A stretch of 64,000 nt of DNA from positions 36,396,001 through 36,460,000 of the forward strand of contig CM052816.1 of the NCBI GenBank assembly GCA_028534125.1, given 5' to 3'. Positions 27,126 to 39,350 of this stretch are shown piece after piece; the first letter of the stretch is position 1; each line of letters begins with the position of its first letter. The notes beneath the pieces are model-generated. The model was given only the letters and a program-made list of their open reading frames with translations, did no database searches and was not told the origin of the DNA. The DNA is from Lama glama (lineage: Eukaryota). A program made the position numbers and the translations under genes.

Positions 27126-28684
27126 TATTATTTACCAATTAATAACACTAACTTTTCTTTAGCCAATTAACTTTTAACATCAGCTAATAAAATTAGCAAT
27201 TAATAATATTAAGTGAAATTCAATTTTATGTTTAAAAATAAAGAAAAGTATTTTTCTATTAATTGTTTTGTGATCTCTAATACCAAACACTTCCTCATTC
27301 TCCAGAAGGAAAAAATAATCATCGGATATTCCTGTGGAATTTATGGTTCCATAAGAGGAAAATCTCTGACCTAGACTGGATGTTCACTAAGGTCACTGAT
27401 AATAAATGTACCTGTCACACTGGGGATGAGGAAGTAAAAAGTTTATGTCTGGAATAGTCAGAGACAGCAAATAATAGGTATAGGAAAGGACAACTTTGCT
27501 GGTTTGGTCCTTTGCTCTTGCTCTCCAAAATTACTTTCTGTGTTAGTGATAGCTCCCTTTGTCATTGAGCTTGGAAAGAAAGGAGAAACAAAGAGATCAT
27601 AGTTTTTATTTCTTCCATTATAAATTTTAGTCTGCCCTTCTACCAAAACCCAGCCACCATAATTCTTCACAGAAGTCTTTTCTTTTTAAGATAATTTTAT
27701 ATGAGATAATTTGAACCCACTCAATAATTTATTAAAATTGACAATAATGTTTTTGTGGATTCCTTGAAAATATTTCCTAGGTCTCAGGATGGGAATATTA
27801 TATATTTAAAAATTGAATAATAAAGAAATTTCACAAGAGGTTGAGAGAGTACCTCTAAGATAAGCAAGAATCACTTGATAGTAAGTTTAAAAGTGCTTAT
27901 ATTAGAGGTAAAAATAATCTAAGTAGCCTGATTTAGATATTAAGTAGAAAAATCAGTTACAATCCACTTAGCTATTGTAAACAGGTCATCATTGTTTTAG
28001 TTTTATTTGGTGTTCAAATGTTTCAGAATTCAAAAGGAATATCTTATAGATTATATTAGGGTGTGCTTATCACAAGGCTATCAGAGGCTCACAAATTCTC
28101 ATATAGTATTTCAGGATATTTATAATGGAGAAGGATATGTTTTCAGTTAGAATATTGTTTAAAAAAAGAAAATATGATTTAAATTACTACCAAAATGTGA
28201 CACATTTAAGATTTAACCATTTAAACTTTATTCAAGTTAGTTGCTATTTATTTCAGTCTTTAAAATGTTTGAATAAGGCCCATGAAGTACAAACGGAAAC
28301 TGACCATTTCATTATATTAAAAAATTATTTAAGAATATCTAAATTGAGTGTAAGATTTAGTAAATATTATTCTTTCTAATATTTATGATCTTATAGAAAG
28401 ATTATTTGATCATAGTCTGGTAGGTGTCAGAGAAAAGCAATGGGTAACATTATGTGAAAGAGGATGGAAGGAGTGATACATAAAGGCGCTAATGATTTTT
28501 GCAAGTTCTAAAAAACAACAAAGTAAAAAAGTAATAATGGCTTACAAATAAATAACAAGTGGAGACAGTAATTACTAAATACATTTGAATGGGATAGTGG
28601 GGTGAAATTAAATTTAAGATGAATATTATTAATGGGAGAATCCCTTTGTAAACATAGACAAAACACATAACCTCAAGAGAAAAG

Positions 28685-30246
28685 CTGCCTCACTAGAAGT
28701 CCCTATGAATTCATACCCACCCCAAGAGTTACCTGCAACTCGAACAGGTGACCATCCTCAGCCTTGCCCACCAGATGCAGAGACCAAGCCACAGCTGGAA
28801 TAGGCAAGTACCTCCCTGCTTCTTGTGTAATCTGGCTGGGTGAGCTCCCTCCCTACAGTTGCAACACTATCACAGCTGGAGGGCATATGCAGCCCACATG
28901 AGGATAATCCATAGAGTGCTTGTCTCTGGTGTCCAGAAGAGATTACACTTTTGGGCCACACATAACAGATACTAAAGAAGACCACTCCTTTAAGACCGAG
29001 GGAGATAGCTGTTTCAGCTAATGCATATAGGCAATCACAGAGAGGCTGACAAATGTTCTCATGTTCTAGATCAAAGAGCAAGGCAAATCTCCAGAGAAAG
29101 ACCCTAACGAAATGAAGAAAAGCAACCTACCCAATAAAGAATTCAAAATAGAGGTCATAAAGATGCTCACTAAATAACATAGTAAGAACTTCAACAAAGA
29201 GATAGAAAATATTAGCAAGTATGAAACAGAAGTTATAACTGAACTGAAAAACACTAGAGGATCTCTACAGTAGAATGGATGAAATAGAAGCACCAATCAG
29301 TGAGCTAGAAGACACAGCAATGGAAAACACTTGACAGGGCATCAAAATGAATAAATTGAAAGAAGTGAAACCTTAAGGAACCCCTGGGAAAACATCAAGC
29401 AGGATTTGCATTATAGGGGTCTCAGAAGGAGAACAGAGAGAAAAAAGGGCTAGAAAAATTATCTAAAGAACAAATAGCTGAAAACATTCCCAATTTTGGG
29501 AAAGCAAAAGACAACCAGGCCCAGGAAGCCCCAAAACTCCCAAATGAGATGAAAACAATATGGAATTTTCTCAGAAAACTAAAACTAGAACTACCATAGA
29601 ACCTAGCAATTCTATTTCTGAGTTTTTATCTGAAGAAAACAAAAACACTAATTTGAAAAGATATATGCACCCCTATGTTCACCACAGCATTATTTACAAT
29701 AGTCAAGAAATGGAAGCAACCTAAGTGTTCACTGACGTATGAATATATAAAGAAGATGTGGCATACATATATGAAGGAATATTACTCAATCATAAAAGGA
29801 ATGAAATCTTGCCATTTGTGACAACACTGATGAATCTAGAGATCTTACGCTACAGTGAAATAAGTCAGACAGAACGTCAAATACTGTAAGATTTCACTCA
29901 AATGTGAAATCTAAAAACAAAATAAATGAAGAAACAGAACAAAACAGAAACTGACTCATACATACAGAGAACAAATGGTAGTTGTTAGAGGGGAGGGTGG
30001 TGGAGGAATTGGTGAAGTTAGTGAAGGGGATTAGGAGGTATAAACTTCCAGTTATAAGGTAAATAAGTCAAAGGGATATAGTGTACAGCATAGGGAATGT
30101 AGTCAATAATATCGTAATAACTCCTTGAAAGGTGGTAACTAGACATACTGTGCTGGTCATTTCATAGTATATAAAATATTGCATCACTATGTTGTATATC
30201 TGAAACTAATATAATGCTGTATGCAAATTATAATTGAATATAAAAG
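28685..30246 (+). mobile_element. Older (L1MA9-related / laurasiatherian-type) L1 with a large internal deletion: 5'UTR end + partial ORF1 fused to ORF2 C-terminus + 3'UTR
   Basis: ORF1 remnants 'gaattcaaaatagaggtcataaagatgctcact', 'aatcagtgagctagaagac', 'aggcccaggaagc' up to ~29553, then directly 'aacaatatggaattttctcagaaaactaaaactagaactacc' and a 3'UTR to ~30246. Start approximate. Confidence 0.85.
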
Positions 30247-30249
30247 AAC

Positions 30250-31740
30250 TTATAAGGAGACATGGATATCAAAAAGGATACAGATGTAAAGGCCAGTAAA
30301 TATGAAAGTAACATATTCTTCCCCAAATTAATCCATAAATTTGATAACCTTGTCAAAACTAAAACTATTCTTTGGAATGTTCCAAAGTGAGCCTAAAATT
30401 TCTCTGGGAAACAATAACCAAATAAGACAATTTTGAAGAAGAACAATGTACAAAAAATGTTTCCTACTGGATATCAAATTCATTTGCAGATTTAGTTATT
30501 AATGTAATGTTTACTAACAGAAACAGAGGTTGATAAATGATTAATGTAATAGAATAGAGAAAAATTTCCCTGCATATTGAAATAATCACAGAGGTAGCAT
30601 AGTATTGCAAATGAATTAAAAAATGTGGACTAGGTAATAAGTGGTAGAAAAAACTTATTATTAATATAAGAACACAAACTTAGATTCCTTCCTCTAACAA
30701 TACAAAGATAAAATGTCTAGTGAAGTAAAACAAATGTCAAAAGCAAATCTTTAAAATTTTGAGAAGAAAATTATTATAAAGTCTTAGTTTAGGAATATAT
30801 TTCTTAGAAAAGAAACCAAAACATGCCCAAATATAAAGAATACTTACTGAACTAAAATATTTATGTTTTGAAACACCATAAACAATGGGGAAAGAAAAGC
30901 TTCACATGAGAATAAGTTGTTTCCGAGGTTTACAACTAGGCAAGGTTTAGAAAATAAATGAACTCCAAAAAATGAATTAAAAAAAGACATGGGAACCAAT
31001 AGGAAAAGAAAAAAAAGATGACAGGAGCTACTCATGATGCATTAATAGAAAAGAAATTCAGAACGGCCAATAAAACATAGAAAATGCCAAATGTATTAGT
31101 AATCATGACATTGCAAATTAATGCCACAGTAAAATAATTATTTCACATCTATCATAATAGAAAGAAACTGTCTAGCGAGAGCAATCTTGGTCAGGAATAG
31201 GTATCTGGGACTTCACACATTCTGTAGTAGTAAAGAAATAGAGGACATTTTTGGCAATTTCTAGTAAAGATGAAAATTCAGTCTTTGACCCTGATATACT
31301 CCAGAGAAACTCATACATGTGGCTATATTTATGAATACGTTAAATCTCAGAAACAATATTTTGAGTGAAAACGGGCAAACTCCAAAATCACATACTCAAC
31401 TCCATTTACATGAAGTTTAAAATAATATTTTAAAATATTAATGGAGGTATAAATATGTAATAAAAACAAATATGGGTGGGTATAGTAAATACTAATATTA
31501 ATTAATTCTGCCTGGGGCAGGAATTAGATGAATGAAATTAGGAAGGTGTACACAATGTTATTTGATGGCAATTATATTTTAAATTTCTTAAAACATGATC
31601 TAAATGAATATGAAATCATGACAAGATTTTTCTAAAGGCTAAAGCTAATTTGTATACAGATAAAATAAACACTGAGTTTTCATTAACTTCCTATTTTATT
31701 ATGAATGGTTGAAATATTTCATGAAAATAATAAATAAAGA
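30250..31740 (+). mobile_element. Ancient L1ME-type ORF2 3' half and 3' end relic
   Basis: 'attcttccccaaattaatccataaattt', 'ttagattccttcctctaacaatac', 'ggccaataaaacatagaaaatg', terminal 'gttgaaatatttcatgaaaataataaa'. Confidence 0.7.
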
Positions 31741-31794
31741 AAATATCAATTATGATGCTAGCTCATTATATCATAAAAAAGAGGAACGTACAAA

Positions 31795-31808
31795 CACACA
31801 CACACACA

Positions 31809-31848
<40 letters not shown>
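31795..31848. repeat. (CA)n microsatellite with one interruption
   Basis: Directly visible. Confidence 0.97.
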
Positions 31849-31854
<6 letters not shown>

Positions 31855-31989
31855 ACCAGCGGGAGAATTCTCAAATAATTTTGCTGGGGAAAAAAGACAG
31901 ATATAAGAACACTTTCTTATCTTCTTATTTCTCATCCCTTACCTCTTATTCTCCCTTTAGCCAAGATGATAAATCAAGAACATAAAATT

Positions 31990-32575
31990 GTAAGTATCTA
32001 AATCTATGTATTTTCCTTTAAGCACTGCTTTAATTTGATACAGCATATTTTGATACTACTTTATTATCATCCATTCTGAATTGCTTTCTAGTTTGCCTTG
32101 TGATCCTTCTCTCCCTCCCTCCTTCCTCTTCTTTCTCTCTCTTCTCTTTGTATTCTTTCTCTCCCTCATTCGTATATCTGGAAGTTTTAAAAAATTATAT
32201 AATTCTTATTGATTTCTAATTAAATTCATTATAGTCAGAGAGAATATTGTTTTATTTCAGTCTTTTGTATCTATTGAGACTTGTTTTATGGACCAGCTAT
32301 AGGTATACCCTGCTGAATGTTCTACTTGCACTTGAATAGAAGTCATATTTTGTACTTACTGGATGTCATGTTCTTTAAGTGTAAATTATGATAAATTGGT
32401 TGATAATGTTGCTCAAATCCTCTTTGTCTTTACAAAATGATGTTTTTACCTCATATTCTACCAAATGCTGTAAAAGGGGTGTCAATAGCTGCATCTATGA
32501 TTGTGAATTTGTCTATTTCTTCCCTTAGTTTTGTAGATGTTTTACAATGTGTATTCTAAAGTCCTGTATTACATT
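31990..32575 (-). mobile_element. Old L1M ORF2 endonuclease-region fragment, minus strand
   Basis: 'ttttcctttaagcactgcttt', 'ttgatttctaattaaattcattatagtcagagag', 'ttgagacttgttttatgg', 'aatgttctacttgcacttgaa' match reverse L1M ORF2. Confidence 0.8.
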
Positions 32576-32849
32576 ATATTTTCTAGAAAATATAACCTTA
32601 CATATGTATTAGAAAAGGAGATGCCTGTCAGCATAGAAGCAGATGTTAATGAAGGATACTGATGGTTTCTTTCTTTCCTTCTCTTTTCTTTTTTACTGTG
32701 TCTTAAACAGTAAGCCTTGGTATGCCTTTTCTAACTCAGTGATTGATAAACAGAATCTGAACAAACATGGCACAAGATCGTTTTTGAATAAGAAGCAATT
32801 TAAGGGAAAGAGGACCAATAATCTAAGGAGTTAGAGAAAGAATTTACTT

Positions 32850-32908
32850 TAAATAAATAAATAAATAAACAAACAAACAAACAAATAAATAAATAAATAA
32901 ATAAATAA
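32850..32908. repeat. Compound (TAAA)n(CAAA)n(TAAA)n microsatellite
   Basis: Directly visible. Confidence 0.95.
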
Positions 32909-33049
32909 TTCTATGAGAAGCAAGGGGAACTAGAACTGGGGCAAAAGCCTCAGGAAATAAAAGCCCATAATGACTTCAGAGATGTACAAGCCGGTTAGAA
33001 TCAGAAAAATAAAAGAAGAAAAGAGCCTAAAGTCTAATAACTATATTAA

Positions 33050-34181
33050 AATGCATTTTTGATGCAGCAAAGAATTGTTATAGCAGAAAATTTACTCAGA
33101 AATGTGGAGGACAAGTTTGAAAACTTTTCAAGAATGCAAATTAAAATGCAATTTAGTGCTAAGAGTAAAATAAAATAATTTCATTATGTTTGAAAGAAAT
33201 AATCATATGAGAACAGAAAAGATTTCTAAAGTGAAGAAATATTACATATGAAAATCTCTGGTAACGTATAGAGGCAGAGAAATTTGTTTACATTAAAAAA
33301 TAATACAACCCAGACTGGTGTGACATTTCTTCTTTCCAAATATAATCACAGAAGCCAACAGAATTTTGTGTAAAAATCACATTCTAAGATAGTAAGCATC
33401 ATAAATTCCTTATTCACATGAGAATAATGTTTAATAATTACATAAGAAAGAGAAATTGTACCATTCTTTTACCCTTTTTAAGAATATTAGGTAAATACCC
33501 TTATCAACTAAAACACTTAACTGATGTTAACAGTCAATGGAAAGCTAAATCAAAATGAAGAACTCAAAAATGGTAAAGTCACAGCATTAAATGTCTGATG
33601 AGGAACACTGAAACTAATTAACTAAATTGAGTAAAGTATAACTAGTAGTTATAATTATGCTATAAACTTGAGTACAAAAGTATAAAATCATTTTAAAAGG
33701 TATTTAGCTGGTAATTATTAAAATATAAAAAATAAATTGGATATGAAATATTTATTTAAGGAGAATATATATTATGATGTGGGAGACTAGGGAAAATAAA
33801 AATTTGCTTTGTGATTTTTCTCTATATTTCAATTTTTGACAATTAATATGTCTGAGATTTTTAGCTACAATATGTGTAAACATTAAATTGTAAGGAAAAG
33901 GATTCCAACAAATGTTGGTAATTAGGCTCTTTGGAAAATTAATATATTAACTAAGTCACAAGATCCTAATAGGTTTTAATTTTATACATTATCAAAGTAA
34001 AATATTTAAATAATATATATTGTTATTTAATAAATCCCTGGAGAAGTAAACTGTCTGAGAAAAAAATAATGGAAGTAGTTAGAAAATATTTATAGATTTA
34101 ATCTCATTAAAAATGTAAAAATCCATGCCACAAGAATAATTCAAATGTAAATCACAAGTTGAGTAAAACAGTTTCAAAAAA

Positions 34182-34212
<31 letters not shown>

Positions 34213-34950
34213 ATATATAATATCCTCAAATAGAAAAAGTACTTAGAAATCAGTAATAATAAGAACTGTATCACCACAAGTATGTAGTAAAAAAAAATTG
34301 CATATTACCAGCTCCAGAGGAATTACAGTTGGAGGATAAGCAAGAAAAAAAATCATGTTTCCTAGTAGTCAAGAGAATGTAAATTGGCAATAACATAACT
34401 TTTAAAACTTATAAATTTGATGAAAAATAACAATATTTCTAATACTTGGTACTGGCCCACTGTTGTGAGGACATTTTGGAAATAATTTGACAGTGCATAT
34501 ACCTATATATATGTAACTATATAATACCTATATTTTTATATAGTCACTTTATTTTTATGAATTTGTTTCAGAGGGAACTGAAAAATGCTGCTCACACATC
34601 TCAGTAAAATTTAATATATGATACAAAGAGACAAAGTGTTCATCTAGAAATAAATGATAACACTAGAAGTTAACAATCCAAACCACATTTGTTATGGAAG
34701 AATATAACAATAAAAAACACATTTGTTAACTTATAAAATCAGCCATGTCATTAAACAGAAACAAAGCAAGAAATAATATGTTACCATATTCTGTATAATA
34801 ACTTTAAATAGATATAGAGAGCACCAAAGAAACTATAGAGCAACAAAGAAAGAGTACTGAAAGAATGTACACCAAAACAGCAATAGACTTTCATACATAT
34901 AAAATACAAAAATAGAAATAGACTGTATATATCTTTATATAAAGAAATGT
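33050..34950 (+). mobile_element. Very old L1ME/HAL1-like relic(s)
   Basis: Faint ORF1-like phrases ('gtggaggacaagtttgaaaacttttcaagaatgca', 'cccagactggtgtgacatttctt') and L1 3'-like phrases ('tagtagtcaagagaatgtaaatt', 'ttttggaaataatttgacagt'). Confidence 0.4.
34176..34214. repeat. (TAAA)n microsatellite
   Basis: Directly visible. Confidence 0.95.
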
Positions 34951-35034
34951 ATATATAGTGTAGGTATTTCTTTCTATACTAACCCCCACCCCGCAAAATT
35001 CATGGATTTCTTTTCAGCATGTTGTATTAAAGAT

Positions 35035-35200
35035 ACACTGAGTTAGTAGACTTGAATTGAACCTGGTTTTGTTACTAGCTGTTTCATTCTGTACAAGTTT
35101 TCTCTGAGTTTCAGCTTCCCCAACTCTAAAATGAGGATGATACTACATGATATGGCTGATGTAACTATTAAATAAAATAGTGCCTTTAAGTTACCCATAC
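35035..35200 (+). mobile_element. MIR relic
   Basis: Core 'tctctgagtttcagcttccccaactctaaaatgaggatgata'. Confidence 0.75.
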
Positions 35201-38200
35201 TGTTCACCAGGAACTTTATTGTATGTGGTATTTAGACCACATAAAGTTTTAATCTAAAAATTTGACTCATAAAACTCAGTTTACAGATACTATTTTGTAG
35301 AATTATGCACATATATATCTGTATGTGTGTATATGTGTTTTCAAGTATATGCACATACACATATATATTAATAATGGAAGTAAAGCCATACATTCTTTTC
35401 CATAATTCTCCTTCATTTTAGTATCTAAACACTTAAGAATCTCATTTTTCAACTATGAAATTAAGCAATAGAAGTTAGAATTCTAGGCTGGAAATATCCT
35501 CAAAAATTTCACAAGTTTCTAATGGGTCATGATGTAAATGCTCTTGATTACTGAATATCCATTAGATGTGCTGTGTTTTCCAGAGGGCTTACAGACCAAC
35601 GCTGACAGTTCTGCTCCCTCTCCAGAAACCTGTATTTTTATTGGACCAAGTCAGCACAACCTTATTTGCATTCTCACTATTAACTCTAGGAAAGAGTGAT
35701 TGGTTTTTAACTTCTTTATTTGATAGACAGCCTAGTTGGTTGAATAAATGGGTAAGGGTATATATGTTTTTATGTGTATGGTGTTGGATTTTCCTTCTAG
35801 TATTTATGAAAATGTTCTTTATTTTACTTGATTTTTTTGTCTCCAATTACTGAAGGTGCTAGATGTCTGACTTTTAGTAAACTCAGTTGGTGTTAATTTT
35901 ATTGCCTCTTTAGGTCCAGACTATGCTAAATTCACTTCAGAGTATGGAATTCAATATGATTACAATATAATTGCATGGTTAATTGCAAGTAAAACCTCCT
36001 TGAAAATTAATATTTAAAGTGGAACTGCTGTCAAAAGCAGAATGAATGAGGACGTATTGTTATACCAGAGTGCCCTGAGGGAGATTAGTGCATTTCAGAG
36101 ATATTTGAGTTGTGTGTCAGAAAATAATCCCTAATAAATCTCCAGAGAAGGCCATCTCTACTTCTAGAAATTTTTTCTGGTGGGCTAGATACTCATTGTC
36201 TCGTTTTATTGCCTTTGCATTTGGTTGGATAATCTCTTTTAAGGCAGAAAACAATAAGCCTTCTTTTAAGATCTTTCTTCTTCTTTTTTCAGGGCTTACT
36301 GTAATGGCTTTTTCTTCTACCTCAAACATTTTATGTCTATCAAGACTTCTCTTTCCACATGTTTGCTATATGTGAGAGCTAAGCTTGTATCCTTTCCTTA
36401 TCTCTTTTTAGTATTAAATTCTTAACAAGCATTTTAGTTTCTCTTCTACCTCAGAGGATAACTGAATAAGTAGAGATGTAAGTTACAAGCAGTTTTTGTG
36501 GCTGTATCTTACTGTACTTGTTGATTTAATGTAATCTAGGATGGGATTTCATGTAGGGAAGAAATGATGTATTACTTAACTTGAGTATTTTAAGAATTTC
36601 TAAACTAATCAACAGTCACTTGATTTTCAATGCTCTTTAGACTACATAGAATTTTAATGTAAAATTTTAATATGAAACTTTGAGTAAAGAGATGTCATTT
36701 TTTGGGAAATATTTCTCTTATTCTTTCTCTTACAAAAAGGGAACACAAAGTCGTAACTGTAAAAGCTTTGTTTTACAAGCAATAAGAATAATATTGGAAG
36801 GGTTATAAATGCAAAAGCCAGTCAAGAATTAGCCTCAATATAATCTTACATTTCATAAATTCAAATGTCTTCTTGTGTTCACAAGAGGTGATTTTATACA
36901 CACTCTTCAATGGGTATCTGTCATAAAATGTATTCTAGCATAACACTCATCTGCACTCAATATCATAAAGAAAAAATTCTTTTAATAGTCCTCCTTTCTT
37001 TAACATGTAAAATAGGTTGCTTTTATACATATTTTGACTTATTTTTATTGGCTAATGATGGGTAGTTGTGGTTTTCTCTTATATGTTCTGATTTCTGAAA
37101 ATTTCTGAATACAGTAAATTATAAAAGATTATGCATTTATACTGTACACAGAAAAACAGAAGCTCACTTATACTAGCTTAGTCTCAGATTAAATTTCTTT
37201 ATGTATAGAATCATAGTATGCCTAGCTGGAGAAGTTCATAAATTACTCAGGTTTAATATTTTATTTTAGAAATAATGAAACTGAGACCCAGAGAGTGTCT
37301 TATCTTGAGTGACCAGTTAGACACTGAACTTCGTCCTATACCTTGCTGCCTCCCATGGTTAGATATTTTCTCATCTCTTTTGACTCTTTAATAGATAATG
37401 ATGACTGGCCAGGAGAGAGAGCCATGAGGAGCCATATCAAGAGTCCAAGAAACTTACCACCACACCACCCCTGACTCCAGGCTACTCTAGAGCCCTTGCT
37501 ATCTTCCCCTGATTTGAGTTCTGCATGCTGTACCACATGTGTGCACAACTGATTAAACATTCAGTAATTCATTCAAAAAAAGTTTTTTCTAAGCCTTACC
37601 ATGTACTTTCAATGAAAGGGGAACAGATATGCAAAAACTAGCTATAATGTCTGTTAAAATAAAATTAGAGTTAAGTGGACTTTCAGACTGTAGATGGAAA
37701 GGGACTTGATTCCAATTGAGAAATAAGGAAATAGGCGTCAAAGAAAAGGCACTCCATATACTCATTAAGCATTGGGAGGCAACTGAAAATTGAATCTAAA
37801 TAGGCATACTAGGCTCAGCAAACTGCATCAACAAAAGTGGAGATGCTCAAGTGGAGAGAATAGGAAATGGCAAGCATTACTCTTTCTGCTGAGATTATTT
37901 CATGGCGTACAAAAGAAAGATCCTAGTTTTTTGGTCTTTTATGTGTGTTTCAGACCCTTCTACTACCTGTGGAGCAAAATAATTTGACTTCTTGTCAATG
38001 TTGAGAAACAAGGGCTTTTTTTGAGTTTTGAGTATTTGCTTTAGGGATTCCAACAATCATAGTCTGTGTTTTCCATAACTTCTCAAGCAGCTCATGTATC
38101 ATGTGTCTAGAACAGGTAGCAGCCTGGATGACACGAGTTGAGACATGTTGAAAGAATTCTTGGCTGTAAAATATACAAGGTTATCTGTCCATGAAATTAT

Positions 38201-38814
38201 AAACTTCACCACTGAAAGATACCTTAGTGTCACATAACACTGGTAATACTACATATTTACTTTTTAATTAAGAGATGGTTTCTCTAGAATTACCCTGTTT
38301 TAAAATTATAAAATTCAAGATCTTATAAAGAAGAAATATCCATTTCAAACACAGACACATCCACAGGAACCCAGGTCACATAATTTCATTAATCATGTTT
38401 TGTTATACACAGCTTATTAACGTTTTGATCCATACATGGCTTTCTGATTTTATTTGTTTACACATTTATTAGCAATATAATTAACACCTCTAATGTATCA
38501 CGCATTCCAAGAACTCAAATATTTCTAAAAATATACAGGTACGTATGCACCTTTCCCTACATCCTATCTTTGGCTTCTAACCCAGAAGTATCATACATCC
38601 AGAAGTTCCTGCTTATCACTCCCTTCTTTTTCTTTAATATTTTCTATCACAGAAACATAAAAATGCTTAACAAATATGTTGTGCAGTTTTGCTTATTTTT
38701 TAGCTTATTAAAGGAGGTATAATTTTATATTAACATCTTAATATAGGATTATTTTGTCAGATAATTAAGTATGATTTGAAAAGAGGAGATAGCCTAGGGG
38801 AATAATAATAAAAA

Positions 38815-39350
38815 CCCATTCAACAAATATTTGTGGAACAGTGAACATTTGCAGGTACTGGGGATACAAATACAAATAAAATACAATTCCTTCTTTGACG
38901 AATTTGTGACTTGTTGGAAATGGATATTAATAGGTAACTGCAATAAAATGTAAGAAGTATTATAAAGAAGATTTTTTAAACTGGTACGGGTTTGTGGAAG
39001 ACACAGCATTTTCCTTAAGTCTTTAAGGATGTTTGGGATATCATTATAGTATGAGGCGCATTTCAGGTCAAGGGAGACAGCTGTGCAGTGCTGTTGAGGT
39101 GAAAGCAGAGTGCGCATCCAGCTATCAAGAGACTACTGAGGGTAAAATTAAGGAAGAAGGAATTAAGGCTAAAAAATGAGTAGGAATACTAAAGGATTAG
39201 TGCGGAGGATTCAGAAAATGGTAAAAGTTACTATCAATCCTGTCTATATTGCAGATTCTATAAAACTTGGTGACTATTTTGACATGGAAAATACGTAAAA
39301 GCCAAGGATCAGAGAGACTCCTTTCTTGCGCTTCTACAGATGGATAAGGG
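38815..39350 (-). mobile_element. L2 relic
   Basis: Starts 'cattcaacaaatatttgtgg...caggtactgggatacaaatacaaataaaatac', the reverse L2 3' end, followed by a purine-rich body. Confidence 0.6.

Noticed and set aside
36117..36329. Protein-like minus-strand ORF (MFEVEEKAITVSPEKRRRK...)
   Set aside because: Only 70 aa, no recognisable family and no convincing splice context; the K/E richness follows from local purine skew.
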